NCBI GenBank assembly: GCA_041649615.1
Contig: JBAZMT010000001.1
Span: 26,981-90,980 of the forward strand
Direction: 5' to 3'
DNA from: Parcubacteria group bacterium
GTDB lineage: Bacteria > Patescibacteriota > Minisyncoccia > UBA6257 > Colwellbacteraceae
DNA length: 64,000 nucleotides
The notes beneath the pieces are model-generated. The model did not search any database and had not been told where the DNA came from. It saw only the letters and a list, made by a program, of their open reading frames with translations. Below, piece by piece: positions 1 through 9,627 of the stretch. The position numbers and the translations under genes were made by a program. How positions within the stretch are numbered: the first letter of the stretch is position 1; every line of letters begins with the position of its first letter.

Positions 1-180
1 CACATAGCTGCAATTGCGTATTGTGGCTTACTTAAAGGCCCTCATTATCCGAGAGACAGCGAACTAATGAAGCGCCTTTCGGATTTCAAGAAGGACCCGA
101 TAGTCAGGGAAAGAGGAACGATAGAGCTTGTTGTGAACTCTCTTAAAAGATACCGCTTGATGCATGAGGGTGATTTGTAA
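1..180 (+). CDS. 3' end of an unidentified protein-coding gene (partial at window edge)
   Basis: Frame 1 is open from base 1 to TAA at 178-180. The stop overlaps the ATG of the next ORF (TAATG), which is typical operon coupling. No recognisable motif in the 59 aa seen. Confidence 0.3.
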   Translation, partial: HIAAIAYCGLLKGPHYPRDSELMKRLSDFKKDPIVRERGTIELVVNSLKRYRLMHEGDL

Positions 181-392
181 TGGATGTGAAAAAGCGGCGA
201 GACGAACTCGCGAGATACTATTACGGAGAGCCTTACAGTAACGTTTGTTGGTTGCGTCAGGGTATTATCGATAATCGGATAGACATGGAGATTACCGAAG
301 AGAGAGAACAGGCGGCAAAGAAAGCGAGAGAACAAAAGGCCGCAGACTCCGGCAACAGAAATAGGAAGTTTAACATCAGGAATTTCTTTTAA
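180..392 (+). CDS. small hypothetical protein (70 aa, charged/Lys-rich C-terminus)
   Basis: ORF is start-coupled to the upstream partial ORF and followed by an intrinsic terminator hairpin at 409-436. The antisense ORF 45..410 was judged a shadow. Confidence 0.35.
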   Translation: MDVKKRRDELARYYYGEPYSNVCWLRQGIIDNRIDMEITEEREQAAKKAREQKAADSGNRNRKFNIRNFF

Positions 393-408
393 AGAACCTC
401 CAAAACAC

Positions 409-436
409 ACCCGCGTAAAGGCGGGTCTTTTATTTT
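409..436 (+). terminator. rho-independent terminator (acccgcgtaaaggcgggt + T-run)
   Basis: Perfect 6-bp GC-rich stem with 6-nt loop followed by cttttatttt, directly after ORF 180..392. Confidence 0.6.
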
Positions 437-454
437 GTATGTTACACTGATTTC

Positions 455-1633
455 ATGAGTGAAATTGTGGAGAAACAAGAACAAAAACAGGAAGAAATTA
501 AAAAGAAACCGAAAATTTGGATATTTTTGATTATTGGTTTAGTCATTTTGTTTATCGGAGGAATTTCATGGTTTTTGGGATCTCTTGTTATAGATAATTT
601 CTTAAAGTGGTCACCGCCGGAGAAGCTTCAAGAGACTTTGCCTCAGTCTATGATCGGGTCAAATTCAATTGATTTGTCTGCCGTTCAAGTGGAAAGAGGA
701 GAAAATATTGAGGGTTCAATTTATCCAGTAAAAGTTATCGGTCGAGCGGTCGGTGACCAAAAGGCCGATTTATTATCGAACGGCGATTTTATGTGCCAGC
801 CGGAGCTTTTCGACCCGAAAACTACCGTATTTTACAAAGTTAAACTTGAAAATCAGTCACCCTCGGAGCTTTACAAAGTGGAGTGGCCAGACGGAACGTC
901 CACCGAGAATATGATGATAGACGGCTGGTGGAACGGGGAGGGCTCAAATAAAATTAATCTTCCGGAGCCGTTTGATGTAATTGTTTATAATTTTGGTTGC
1001 ATTACCGGCTGGTCTCATGTTCTTGAGATAACTAAAGACGGGGAAAGATGGGCACTATATACACACGTTTATGATTATAATTTTTCCGATGACGGAAAAA
1101 CGCTATATTTAGTAAACGAGGTCAAACAGCAAGGTGGTTTTGCGATGCGTAGACGAATAATCGATATAGATACCAAAAAAGCGGGAGAAATACCGAACTT
1201 AGGTTGCGTATCTCCATGGCGTCCGGCTTTATGGAACGGAGACAGATTGTTAACTTATGCTGAACAAGAGTATGGCGTTGATTATCAGCATGATATTTGC
1301 ATTTGGGACAAATCCGCGAATTTAATTTCAAGGTTAAGTACAACGACTGCAAGAGGAGCCTCAAACGAAGGTTATTTAGCCGAACAGATAGGAGTTCTAC
1401 CAAATGACCCAAACATCTTTTATGCTTATACTCACAAGGATACGAATACTTGTTCGTTAGTCTTAGCGGATATTACCGAAACAAATTCTTACAAATCTAT
1501 AGATATTTTAAGTGATAGAGATTATCCCTCTTCTTACCATTGCGTTGCCCCGGAGGTGAAATTTGATTTTTCCGATGTTTATTTTGACCGAGGAATTCTC
1601 AAATACGAGATATGGTCCGAAGACAAGAAATAA
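455..1633 (+). CDS. hypothetical membrane-anchored secreted protein (N-terminal TM helix)
   Basis: 392-aa ORF with a hydrophobic stretch IWIFLIIGLVILFIGGISWFLGSLVI near the N-terminus. No family recognised. Confidence 0.55.
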   Translation: MSEIVEKQEQKQEEIKKKPKIWIFLIIGLVILFIGGISWFLGSLVIDNFLKWSPPEKLQETLPQSMIGSNSIDLSAVQVERGENIEGSIYPVKVIGRAVGDQKADLLSNGDFMCQPELFDPKTTVFYKVKLENQSPSELYKVEWPDGTSTENMMIDGWWNGEGSNKINLPEPFDVIVYNFGCITGWSHVLEITKDGERWALYTHVYDYNFSDDGKTLYLVNEVKQQGGFAMRRRIIDIDTKKAGEIPNLGCVSPWRPALWNGDRLLTYAEQEYGVDYQHDICIWDKSANLISRLSTTTARGASNEGYLAEQIGVLPNDPNIFYAYTHKDTNTCSLVLADITETNSYKSIDILSDRDYPSSYHCVAPEVKFDFSDVYFDRGILKYEIWSEDKK

Positions 1634-1634
1634 T

Positions 1635-3902
1635 TTAAAGTTTTTTCGCTTTAAGTCTTAGTGAGTTGCCGACAACCGAAACGCTGCTTCCGGCCATGGC
1701 AAGCCCCGCAAAAATAGGGTTCAAAACTATTCCCCAGAGCGGAAAAAGCAATCCGGCGGCGATGGGGATGCCTACCACGTTATAAATAAAGGCCCAGAAT
1801 AGATTTTGTTTTATCGTTCTTATGGTCGCGCGGGAAAGTTTCATCGCTTCGGCGAGTTTGACTATGTCTCCGTGAAGAAGAGTTATACCCGCCGATTCTA
1901 TGGCAACGTCCGTACCGGTCGCCATGGCGATTCCCACGTCCGATTGCATAAGCGCCGGCGCATCGTTAATTCCGTCTCCCACCATGGCCACTTTTCTGCC
2001 TTCACTCTGCAATTCTTTTATTTTTCCGGCCTTATCTCCCGGGAGGACGTCGGCTATCACTTCGCCGATTCCGGCAAGGTCTGCGATATAACGCGCGGCG
2101 GAATCGTTGTCTCCGGTGAGCATCACAATTCTAATTCCTTGCTTCTTGATTCGGGAAATGGTTTCTTTCGCTTCGGGTCTTAAAATATCGCTCAAGGCGA
2201 TCATGCCGACTTTTATGTCGTTCAATTCAACGATGACCGCGGTTTTGCCTTGCTTTTGCAAGCGGATCAAACGCTCATCAATATCTTTTTCCGTTGGTTT
2301 GTGGATATAGACGTTTTTTTTGCCGATCTTCGCTTTTATACCTATTCCTTCAAGCGCGTGAAAATCAGATTCCGCAACCAAAGAAAGGTTCTGTTTTGAA
2401 GCTTCGGCGACTATCGCTTCGGCCAAAGGATGTTCCGACATTTTTTCCGCGCTGCCGGCAAACTTTAAAATCTCATTCTTATTCAATGATTCATCCAAAA
2501 TTATCACGTCGGTTACTTCCGGCTTTCCTTTAGTGATGGTGCCGGTTTTGTCAAAGACTATCGTGTTCACTTTGCTTAAAATTTCCAGGGCTTCGGCGTT
2601 TTTAATTAAAATTCCGTATTCCGCGCCTTTGCCGACTCCGACGATAATAGCCGTTGGCGTTGCAAGACCCAAGGCGCAAGGACAGGCAATGACCAATACT
2701 CCCACAAAAGAGAAAATCGCATACGATAAGGCCGTTTCAAAACCGATCGCAGAAATGCCGAATACGAGCCAGAGAATAAAAGAACATACGGCAATGATAA
2801 GAACGGTGGGAACGAAAATACCGGAGATTCGGTCTGCTAAAGCCTGGATCGGCGCTTTGGAACCTTCCGCTTCTTCAACCATTTTTATAATCTGAGCAAG
2901 CATGGTGTCCGTGCCGACTTTCGTAGCTTTGAATCTAAAACTTCCTTGCTTGTTTATGGTCGCGCCGATGACCAAATCACCGGCCGTTTTATCGGTCGGG
3001 ATCGGTTCTCCCGTTATCATGGATTCATCAACGGAAGTGTTTCCTTCGGTTATCACTCCGTCGGTCGGAATTTTCTCTCCGGGTTTTACGATAATTATGT
3101 CTCCCACGACGACTTCGCTCACTGGAATTTGGATTTCCACTCCTTTGCGCACGACCAAAGCGGTTTTTGCCTGAAGACCGAGCAGTTTTTCAATGGCTTC
3201 GCCGGTTTTAAATTTGGAACGCGCTTCAAGATATTTACCGAGGCTCACGAATCCGATAACGACAATGATTACGTCAAAGTAAGTCGTTTCGGGAAGACCA
3301 AGAAGCATTCTTATTTGGGGGAAAAGAGTAATAATCGCGCTGTATAAGTACGCGGTAAAAGCGCCGATACCGATAAGAGTATCCATATTGGCTGCCCGAT
3401 ACCTTATAAATCTCACTACGCCCAAGAGAAACGGTTTGCCGATCCAGAATATGGTGACCGAAGAAAGACCCAAGAGAATTACGTTTATGACATCCATTGA
3501 GAGCGGAATAGAAGGCAAAAGGCTTAAAAATTGCGTGGCGATATCCCACATCATAAAAAGGAAAACGGCGGCTGCGACGGGGAAAATAAACCTGACTTTG
3601 GTTTTTTGTTTGGCTAATTCCTGTTCTTTTTGACTTTTGGTCATTCCGGCACCCGTATGTTTGCTGTGATCCTCGGAGCTCATATTCATTTCGGCAGGGG
3701 AGAGAACGTATCCGAGCTTTTCCATCTCGTTATTTATTTTTTCAACCGAAGTTTTCTCTGGATCATATTCAATGTGCGCTTTTTCGGCCGCGAAGCTGAC
3801 ATCAGCTTTTTCAATTCCTTCCATTTTTTTCAGCCGGGAAGAAATGATATTGGCGCAACTCGCGCAATGCATACCGCCTATCGTGAAATTTTGTTTTGCC
3901 AT
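1635..3902 (-). CDS. copA: copper-translocating P1B-type ATPase
   Basis: N-terminal HMA motif GMHCASC; membrane CPC motif (ACPCALG); DKTGTIT phosphorylation site; [10 protein letters not shown] hinge. 755 aa. Confidence 0.9.
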   Translation of the reverse strand: MAKQNFTIGGMHCASCANIISSRLKKMEGIEKADVSFAAEKAHIEYDPEKTSVEKINNEMEKLGYVLSPAEMNMSSEDHSKHTGAGMTKSQKEQELAKQKTKVRFIFPVAAAVFLFMMWDIATQFLSLLPSIPLSMDVINVILLGLSSVTIFWIGKPFLLGVVRFIRYRAANMDTLIGIGAFTAYLYSAIITLFPQIRMLLGLPETTYFDVIIVVIGFVSLGKYLEARSKFKTGEAIEKLLGLQAKTALVVRKGVEIQIPVSEVVVGDIIIVKPGEKIPTDGVITEGNTSVDESMITGEPIPTDKTAGDLVIGATINKQGSFRFKATKVGTDTMLAQIIKMVEEAEGSKAPIQALADRISGIFVPTVLIIAVCSFILWLVFGISAIGFETALSYAIFSFVGVLVIACPCALGLATPTAIIVGVGKGAEYGILIKNAEALEILSKVNTIVFDKTGTITKGKPEVTDVIILDESLNKNEILKFAGSAEKMSEHPLAEAIVAEASKQNLSLVAESDFHALEGIGIKAKIGKKNVYIHKPTEKDIDERLIRLQKQGKTAVIVELNDIKVGMIALSDILRPEAKETISRIKKQGIRIVMLTGDNDSAARYIADLAGIGEVIADVLPGDKAGKIKELQSEGRKVAMVGDGINDAPALMQSDVGIAMATGTDVAIESAGITLLHGDIVKLAEAMKLSRATIRTIKQNLFWAFIYNVVGIPIAAGLLFPLWGIVLNPIFAGLAMAGSSVSVVGNSLRLKAKKL

Positions 3903-3908
3903 ATTTAT

Positions 3909-5249
3909 TTAATTTACCACTTTTAACGTTCCTCTCGGCACGCCCATCGCGCAGGTAATCTGGTAAGTACCCGTTTTATTCGGCGTGAATTCCATAACGA
4001 GCGTACGTCCTTTCTTTAAAGATAATGGTTTTTGCCAGAGTCCAGGGATCATTATGGTACTCATACATCCGTAGCTGTCGTCTTTTACGATTATTTCAAA
4101 CCTGACCGGCTTATTACCCACCTTTACTTCAAAGGAACTCGGCTGAATGTCGGACGCTCGCGAATAAACGGCCTTTATTGTTTGAATTTCCGAATCGGGT
4201 TTTAAGACTCTCGTTTGATTGTCTTTTCTCAAATTCCATTTTTCCACGATAAACCTCGTGATGCCGAATTGAAAATTAAGGTTATAAGCGACAAAGAAAA
4301 TTATGAGAATGCCCGCGATTTTAAGAAATTTTTCGGAAAGCTTTTCGTTACTTAAGAATTTAGTACTTGAGAAACTAATTATCAAAAGCGGAATTGCGGT
4401 TCCCAGCGCGAATAACATCATTATGAGAAATCCGCGAAGCGAACTGCCGGACAAAACGGCAAACCCTTCGGCTACGATCGTAAATCCGCAAGGAAGAAGA
4501 AAAGTCAAAAATCCGACAATAAAAGGCTCCATGGAATTAAATTGCTGGTTTTTAATTAGAAAACCGGAAAGCTTTTTTGGTAGAGCGATCCTGAATCGGT
4601 TGAAAGATTTGAGACCGATCATCTGAAACGCCAGAACGATCATTATTCCCGAAACGAGAACCACAAAGACCGAAGTTATCACGGGAGATATTTTGAATTT
4701 TTCTCCCAAAAATCCGAGCAAAAGCCCAAGCAAGGAGAAGGAGATGAGACGCCCGAAATTGAATAAGAAGTGGGGCTTACTTTTTTCCATCAGGCTGTTG
4801 CCCTTGCCGAAACGTCCGCTCCATTGTTTTGAAAGAGACAAAACCAATCCTCCGATCAAAGCGGCGCAACTGGATATTCCGGCAATAAGCCCGAAAATAA
4901 AGAAAGCGGAGAGGGAACTAGCCGAAGACAGATTGATGAGCGATGACAAACCGGAATTTACGATGACTAAAAATATCGCTATCGCTAAAACTGCTCCAAC
5001 GATTATTTTCCAGAGATCGTTATTTTCTTTCTTAAAGGCTTTTTCGGAGAATGTATATCCGTGACTCTTAAATTTTTCGTTTAGCGTTTCTACGTCCGGT
5101 TTTTCTTTTTCGTAGCCGATGTTGACCGATCCGCGGGAGAGCGAAGCATTGGCAAACGTCACGCCGGTAATGGAAAGAAGCTCGCGTTCAATCAATATTT
5201 CACAGGAAGCGCAGCGCATGCCTTTCACGTAATAAGTATGTTTCATCAT
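3909..5249 (-). CDS. heavy-metal-associated (HMA) membrane protein with DsbD_2/CcdA-like permease core and C-terminal cupredoxin_1-like domain
   Basis: N-terminus has GMRCASC (HMA). Multiple TM helices carry a conserved LLPCGF cysteine. The C-terminal approx. 90 aa (FEVKVGNKPVRFEIIVKDDSYGCMS...FTPNKTGTYQITCAMGVPRGTLKV) matches the cupredoxin_1 pattern (C..H/M..C..GM). Confidence 0.7.
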   Translation of the reverse strand: MMKHTYYVKGMRCASCEILIERELLSITGVTFANASLSRGSVNIGYEKEKPDVETLNEKFKSHGYTFSEKAFKKENNDLWKIIVGAVLAIAIFLVIVNSGLSSLINLSSASSLSAFFIFGLIAGISSCAALIGGLVLSLSKQWSGRFGKGNSLMEKSKPHFLFNFGRLISFSLLGLLLGFLGEKFKISPVITSVFVVLVSGIMIVLAFQMIGLKSFNRFRIALPKKLSGFLIKNQQFNSMEPFIVGFLTFLLPCGFTIVAEGFAVLSGSSLRGFLIMMLFALGTAIPLLIISFSSTKFLSNEKLSEKFLKIAGILIIFFVAYNLNFQFGITRFIVEKWNLRKDNQTRVLKPDSEIQTIKAVYSRASDIQPSSFEVKVGNKPVRFEIIVKDDSYGCMSTIMIPGLWQKPLSLKKGRTLVMEFTPNKTGTYQITCAMGVPRGTLKVVN

Positions 5250-5250
5250 A

Positions 5251-5523
5251 TTAGCGATTAAACATTTTGGTTACGGAGAGAATCTCCTTGGTCATCTCGG
5301 CTTTCTTATTTTCGTTTTTGGTCGCCATGGCGTCTTTGAAGCAGCTGTTCAGGTGGCCTTCCATAAGCATCTGGTGGGCCGACCTCAAAAGGCCGATCAC
5401 CGCGAGATTCTGCTGCATGATGTCTATGCAGTAAGTGTCTTTTTTCGCCATTTCTATGATTTTCGTGAGATGACTCTGCGCTTTTTTGAAATTGGTTAAA
5501 GTTTTTTCTTTGCTTAAGTTCAT
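5251..5523 (-). CDS. csoR: CsoR/RcnR-family metal-sensing transcriptional repressor
   Basis: 90-aa helical protein with the C-x(n)-H-x(3)-C signature (YCIDIMQQ...HQMLMEGHLNSC). It sits at the head of the HMA-copA cluster on the same strand. Confidence 0.75.
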   Translation of the reverse strand: MNLSKEKTLTNFKKAQSHLTKIIEMAKKDTYCIDIMQQNLAVIGLLRSAHQMLMEGHLNSCFKDAMATKNENKKAEMTKEILSVTKMFNR

Positions 5524-5680
5524 AATTTCATTAACTTTGGTTTTTTAATTACGACCTATACCTGAGGTATAGGTCTATTTTAAGCTTCGGATAGCGGCTG
5601 TCAATGGTAATAATCTTTTGCTTCGGATTCGGCTTTGGAGTTAGAATCCACAGGTGCTGTCTTTTACAAAATAATTTGGT

Positions 5681-6901
5681 ATGAACGATAAAAAAAGGAA
5701 GACGAGGCAGCTAGCGACTATACTTTTCACTAATCTCATCAGCGTCATAGGAATGAGCGTGGTGATACCCATATTGCCTTTCTACGTTGAATCTTTGGGA
5801 GCGAGTCCGATAATAGTTACGGCTCTTTTTTCAGTCTTTTCAATCTGTTCCTTCGTGAGCGCGCCTTATTTGGGTTCGCTCTCTGAAAAATTAGGCAGAA
5901 AGCCCGTGCTTATGGCAAGCATTGCGTCCACTTCCGTAGGCTGGTTCGTTTTTGCCATCGCTAGAAATCCGATCTTGCTTTTTGTCGGACGAATAATAGA
6001 CGGTTTGGCGGCGGGGGATTTTTCCATAGCCCAAAACATATTAGGAGACATAGCCGAAGACGAAAAAGAAAGGAAAAAATTTTTTGGCTTTTTCGGCGCC
6101 ACTTTTGCCGCCGGATTCATATTGGGACCCGTTTTAGGAGGTCTTCTTGCGGAATATTCGCCTTCGGCGCCTTTTTTCATCGTATCGGGACTTGCCGTTT
6201 TGAATCTCATTATGGTCCATTTCGTGATTCCCGAAACTAATATGCACGCGGACAAGCAAAAGAAAGTGGAGTTAAATCCCATTAATCCGATTTTAAAAGC
6301 CGCAAAAGACAGAGAATTACGCAAAGTGATGCTTTCCTGGTTCTTCTTCATGATGAGCGTTTCGGGGGTGCAGTCCGTGGCGTCTCTTTATATGAAAGAG
6401 CGTTTTATGTTGAGGCCCATGTTCATAGGACTTGCAATGGTTGTGGGGAGCGTAATAGTCATCTTAAACCAGATTTTCGGAATGAAATTTTGGACGGCCA
6501 GCCGTAAGGACGAACTCGTGGAGCGCGGAATGCTTTTAGTCGCTTCCATCGGGTATTTTCTGATTATCGGAAATATTTTCATTGCCGTACTCGGCGCTTT
6601 GATCTGCACCATTACCGAAAGCACTTTGAGAGCATTTTTTTCCGAGAGAATATTTTCCAGGGCGAAACCCGGCGAGCAAGGGGAGATAATCGGAACTCAG
6701 TCGTCTTTGATGTCTCTCGCTTTCGCCATTATGCCGATGTTTGCCGGGCTCGCGTTCATAAACCACAAATCGCTGCCGTTTATAGCTAGTTCAATCTTAA
6801 CTTTTGTCGCTTTTACCATATCCACTAAATTTCTACCGAAAGAATTTCCAAGCAAAGTTCAGCCTGAAAATCTGAATGCCGATGAACTCTCCGGTTTTTA
6901 G
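5681..6901 (+). CDS. MFS transporter (drug:H+ antiporter-like)
   Basis: 406 aa, approx. 12 TM segments. MFS signature GRIIDGLAAG after TM2 (G-x3-D-R/K-x-G-R motif region). Confidence 0.8.
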   Translation: MNDKKRKTRQLATILFTNLISVIGMSVVIPILPFYVESLGASPIIVTALFSVFSICSFVSAPYLGSLSEKLGRKPVLMASIASTSVGWFVFAIARNPILLFVGRIIDGLAAGDFSIAQNILGDIAEDEKERKKFFGFFGATFAAGFILGPVLGGLLAEYSPSAPFFIVSGLAVLNLIMVHFVIPETNMHADKQKKVELNPINPILKAAKDRELRKVMLSWFFFMMSVSGVQSVASLYMKERFMLRPMFIGLAMVVGSVIVILNQIFGMKFWTASRKDELVERGMLLVASIGYFLIIGNIFIAVLGALICTITESTLRAFFSERIFSRAKPGEQGEIIGTQSSLMSLAFAIMPMFAGLAFINHKSLPFIASSILTFVAFTISTKFLPKEFPSKVQPENLNADELSGF

Positions 6902-6904
6902 AGA

Positions 6905-7138
6905 TTATTTGGCTAAAAATTCAAACAATTGGTAAACCAAAAATGCCGGCCAGGCGAGAGCTTTAAGAAATCCCAGAACGCCGAACCAAAAACTCGTAGC
7001 TTCACCGATGAAATAAACGGCCGCTCCGATAAGACCTATGCCGTAAACGGCTCCGCCGCAACCGCACTTCGGTTTATTGCACTTTTCCCCTTCGGTCTTT
7101 TTACCGAATTTTTTAAAACAATCGGAAAGTTTGTACAT
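6905..7138 (-). CDS. small Cys-rich membrane protein (2 TM)
   Basis: 77-aa ORF with CNKPKCGCGG followed by two hydrophobic helices. The overlapping + strand ORF is less protein-like. Confidence 0.4.
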   Translation of the reverse strand: MYKLSDCFKKFGKKTEGEKCNKPKCGCGGAVYGIGLIGAAVYFIGEATSFWFGVLGFLKALAWPAFLVYQLFEFLAK

Positions 7139-7176
7139 AAATTAATTATAACAGGGTTTTATGATATAATAGCCTG

Positions 7177-7596
7177 ATGGAAAAGAAAGTATATACGTGG
7201 CTTGCAGTGTTAATTTCCGCGTTTATCGGCGGTCCGTTCGGCGGAATTTATATGTTGAGCCAGAATTACAAAACGCTAGGCAAGGATGACCTCGCTAAAA
7301 AGTGGTTGCTCTTCGGAAGTTTGGCGATCGTCGGTTTTCTTGTCGTAATGTCGCTCCTGCCCGCGTCTTTCACGAGCCCCACGGCCGGAGCCGCGGCTTC
7401 TAGCGCGATCGCCATCGGACTCGGTCTTACCGCGAAGCAAAAACAGGATAAAGAAATCAAAGAAATCCTTGCCGCGGGCGGAAGGAAACAATCCGTCGGA
7501 AAAATCATAGGGATTAACGTACTCTCAATACTCATAACGCTCGTGTTAACTCTCGTTGTTACCGGAATTTTTGCGCTAATCGGATTAAATAAATAA
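7177..7596 (+). CDS. hypothetical integral membrane protein
   Basis: 139 aa with 4 predicted TM segments. No family recognised. Confidence 0.5.
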   Translation: MEKKVYTWLAVLISAFIGGPFGGIYMLSQNYKTLGKDDLAKKWLLFGSLAIVGFLVVMSLLPASFTSPTAGAAASSAIAIGLGLTAKQKQDKEIKEILAAGGRKQSVGKIIGINVLSILITLVLTLVVTGIFALIGLNK

Positions 7597-7657
7597 TTTT
7601 TATGAGGCAGGAAAAAAACTCGCTAAGTTGAGCGATTTTTTTATAGGCTATTTGTTT

Positions 7658-8881
7658 TTATTCATATCTCAAGGCTTCAATCGGATTTAGCGCTCCGGCT
7701 CGCCGAGCCGGATAGTAACCGAACGTAATACCGATAGCCGCCGAAACGCCAAAGGCGAGAAGAATGGAAGAGAGGGATATTTTAACGGGAACGATACCCG
7801 AAGAGCCGATAATTAAGGAAACAACGCAACCGAGAGCGACGCCGATCGTGCCGCCTAGAAGCGTGAGCACGATGGATTCAAATAGGAATTGCTTATTGAT
7901 ATCGCCTTTCTTTGCCCCCAATGCCTTCCTGAGACCGATTTCTCTGGTCCTTTCGGTAACGGTCGTGAGCATCATATTCATTATTCCGATGCCGCCGACA
8001 AGGAGCGAAATGCCCGCGATAGCGGCCAAAAGGAGGGTCAGGGTGTCCATAACGTCTGAAACCATATCCACGAGCTCCGCTTGGTTCATAACCGTAAAAT
8101 CGGCGGAATCGGGGTCTTTTATATTGTGTGCTTTTAACAGAATTTCGGTAACTTTTTCTTGAACGGCGGGCATAACGTTCGCCGAAGCGGCGGCGATGCC
8201 GATAGTTGAAAGATTTTCGCTGCCGACGAGAATTCGCTGCGCGGTTGAAAGGGGAACATAGATAATATCGTCCTGATTGAGCATTCCGCTGGAACCTTTA
8301 CTTTCCGTAACGCCTACGACTTTGAATTTCGTTCCGCGGATTTTCACGGTTTCGCCCACGGGGTTAACGTCCTCGCCGAATAAATCTTTAGCGGTTGTAG
8401 GTCCAAGCACGGCGATTTTGGAATAATTGGCTACGTTTTGTTCCGAAATGAAATCCCCGTATCGCATTTCCACGTTTCTCACAACCGCATATTCCGCACC
8501 GGTCCCCACAACCGAAGTATTCGTGTTACTGCCTCCGGCGGTAATCTGATATCTACTCGTAACTACGCCCGTTACGCCTATTACGTTTTTAAGCTCACTT
8601 TGCAATTTTTCAAGATCGCTCATTTTAAGCGAATCGGCCGAACCAAGCCCTGAGGAAACACGCGAACCGGAAGTCGTGAGCGCGCCTGGCATGACGGTAA
8701 TGAGATTTGAACCGATTGACTCTATTTGCGAAGTGATGGAATTTTCCGCTCCGTTGCCGATCGAGACCATGGTGATTACGGAGCTGATGCCGATAACGAT
8801 ACCTAAAATAGTGAGTCCCGAGCGGGACTTGTTTCGCTTTAAGGCGACAGTTGTTTCTTCCAAAATGTCAGACAGCTTCAT
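7658..8881 (-). CDS. ABC transporter permease, MacB/FtsX family
   Basis: N-terminal TM (LTILGIVIGISSVI), large periplasmic domain, C-terminal FtsX-like 3-TM bundle. Adjacent to the ABC ATPase. Confidence 0.85.
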   Translation of the reverse strand: MKLSDILEETTVALKRNKSRSGLTILGIVIGISSVITMVSIGNGAENSITSQIESIGSNLITVMPGALTTSGSRVSSGLGSADSLKMSDLEKLQSELKNVIGVTGVVTSRYQITAGGSNTNTSVVGTGAEYAVVRNVEMRYGDFISEQNVANYSKIAVLGPTTAKDLFGEDVNPVGETVKIRGTKFKVVGVTESKGSSGMLNQDDIIYVPLSTAQRILVGSENLSTIGIAAASANVMPAVQEKVTEILLKAHNIKDPDSADFTVMNQAELVDMVSDVMDTLTLLLAAIAGISLLVGGIGIMNMMLTTVTERTREIGLRKALGAKKGDINKQFLFESIVLTLLGGTIGVALGCVVSLIIGSSGIVPVKISLSSILLAFGVSAAIGITFGYYPARRAGALNPIEALRYE

Positions 8882-8892
8882 TGAATTTCAAT

Positions 8893-9627
8893 TTAAAATT
8901 TATAATTTTCAATTTCCATTAAATTCTCAATTTCTAATTTTCTTTTTCCATTCACCGGAGCGTCGCTCACGAGGCCGTCTTTAATGTGAATGATCCGGTC
9001 GGCGTAGGCGGCCACTTCCGCTTCGTGAGTGATGACGACTATGGTTCTTTTTTCCTGCGTGTTCAGACGGCGGAAAATATTCATAACCGTTTCGCCGGAA
9101 ACGGAATCAAGATTTCCGGTCGGCTCATCGGCCAAAATAATACTCGGGTTATTAACCAGAGCGCGGGCGATGGCGACCCGCTGCATTTGTCCTCCGGAAA
9201 GCTGATTTGAAGAGTGATGAAAATATTCTTCGCCAAGTCCCACGGATTCCAAACACTTTTTAGCACGTTCAATCCGCTTGTCTTTTTTTTCGTCGGTATA
9301 AACCAAAGGAAGGGAAACGTTTTCTACGGTTGAAGTACGGGGAAGGAGATTGAAAGACTGAAAAACGAAACCGATTCTTTCTCTTCTTATTTCAGCGAGC
9401 TTATCATCGGGCAGTTCCGAAACGTCCGCGCCGTCCAAGAAATATTTGCCTTCAGTGGGACTATCAAGACAACCCAAGATGTGCATGATGGTTGATTTTC
9501 CGGAGCCCGAAGGACCCATAATGGCGACGAATTCGCCGTCGTTCACGCTAAAGCTTATGCCTTTTAGAACTTCGGTTGAAACGTCTCCCGTCAGATATGT
9601 TTTTTTGACGTCTTTGACTTCTATCAT
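8893..9627 (-). CDS. ABC transporter ATP-binding protein (MacB/LolD-type)
   Basis: Walker [13 protein letters not shown] signature [15 protein letters not shown], Walker [12 protein letters not shown]. Confidence 0.9.
   Translation of the reverse strand: MIEVKDVKKTYLTGDVSTEVLKGISFSVNDGEFVAIMGPSGSGKSTIMHILGCLDSPTEGKYFLDGADVSELPDDKLAEIRRERIGFVFQSFNLLPRTSTVENVSLPLVYTDEKKDKRIERAKKCLESVGLGEEYFHHSSNQLSGGQMQRVAIARALVNNPSIILADEPTGNLDSVSGETVMNIFRRLNTQEKRTIVVITHEAEVAAYADRIIHIKDGLVSDAPVNGKRKLEIENLMEIENYKF

Noticed and set aside
45-410. 121-aa minus-strand ORF at the window start
   Set aside because: Antisense to two plus-strand ORFs that are start-stop coupled (TAATG) and followed by a plus-strand terminator. 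Composition is not protein-like.
1806-3926. Multiple 60-130-aa plus-strand ORFs inside copA (1806..2183, 2533..2895, 2946..3347 etc.)
   Set aside because: They are antisense shadows of a gene with unambiguous P-type ATPase motifs. The same reasoning applies to antisense ORFs inside the P-type ATPase at 13062..15773, murG, ftsW, gltX, PBP2 and the large surface proteins.
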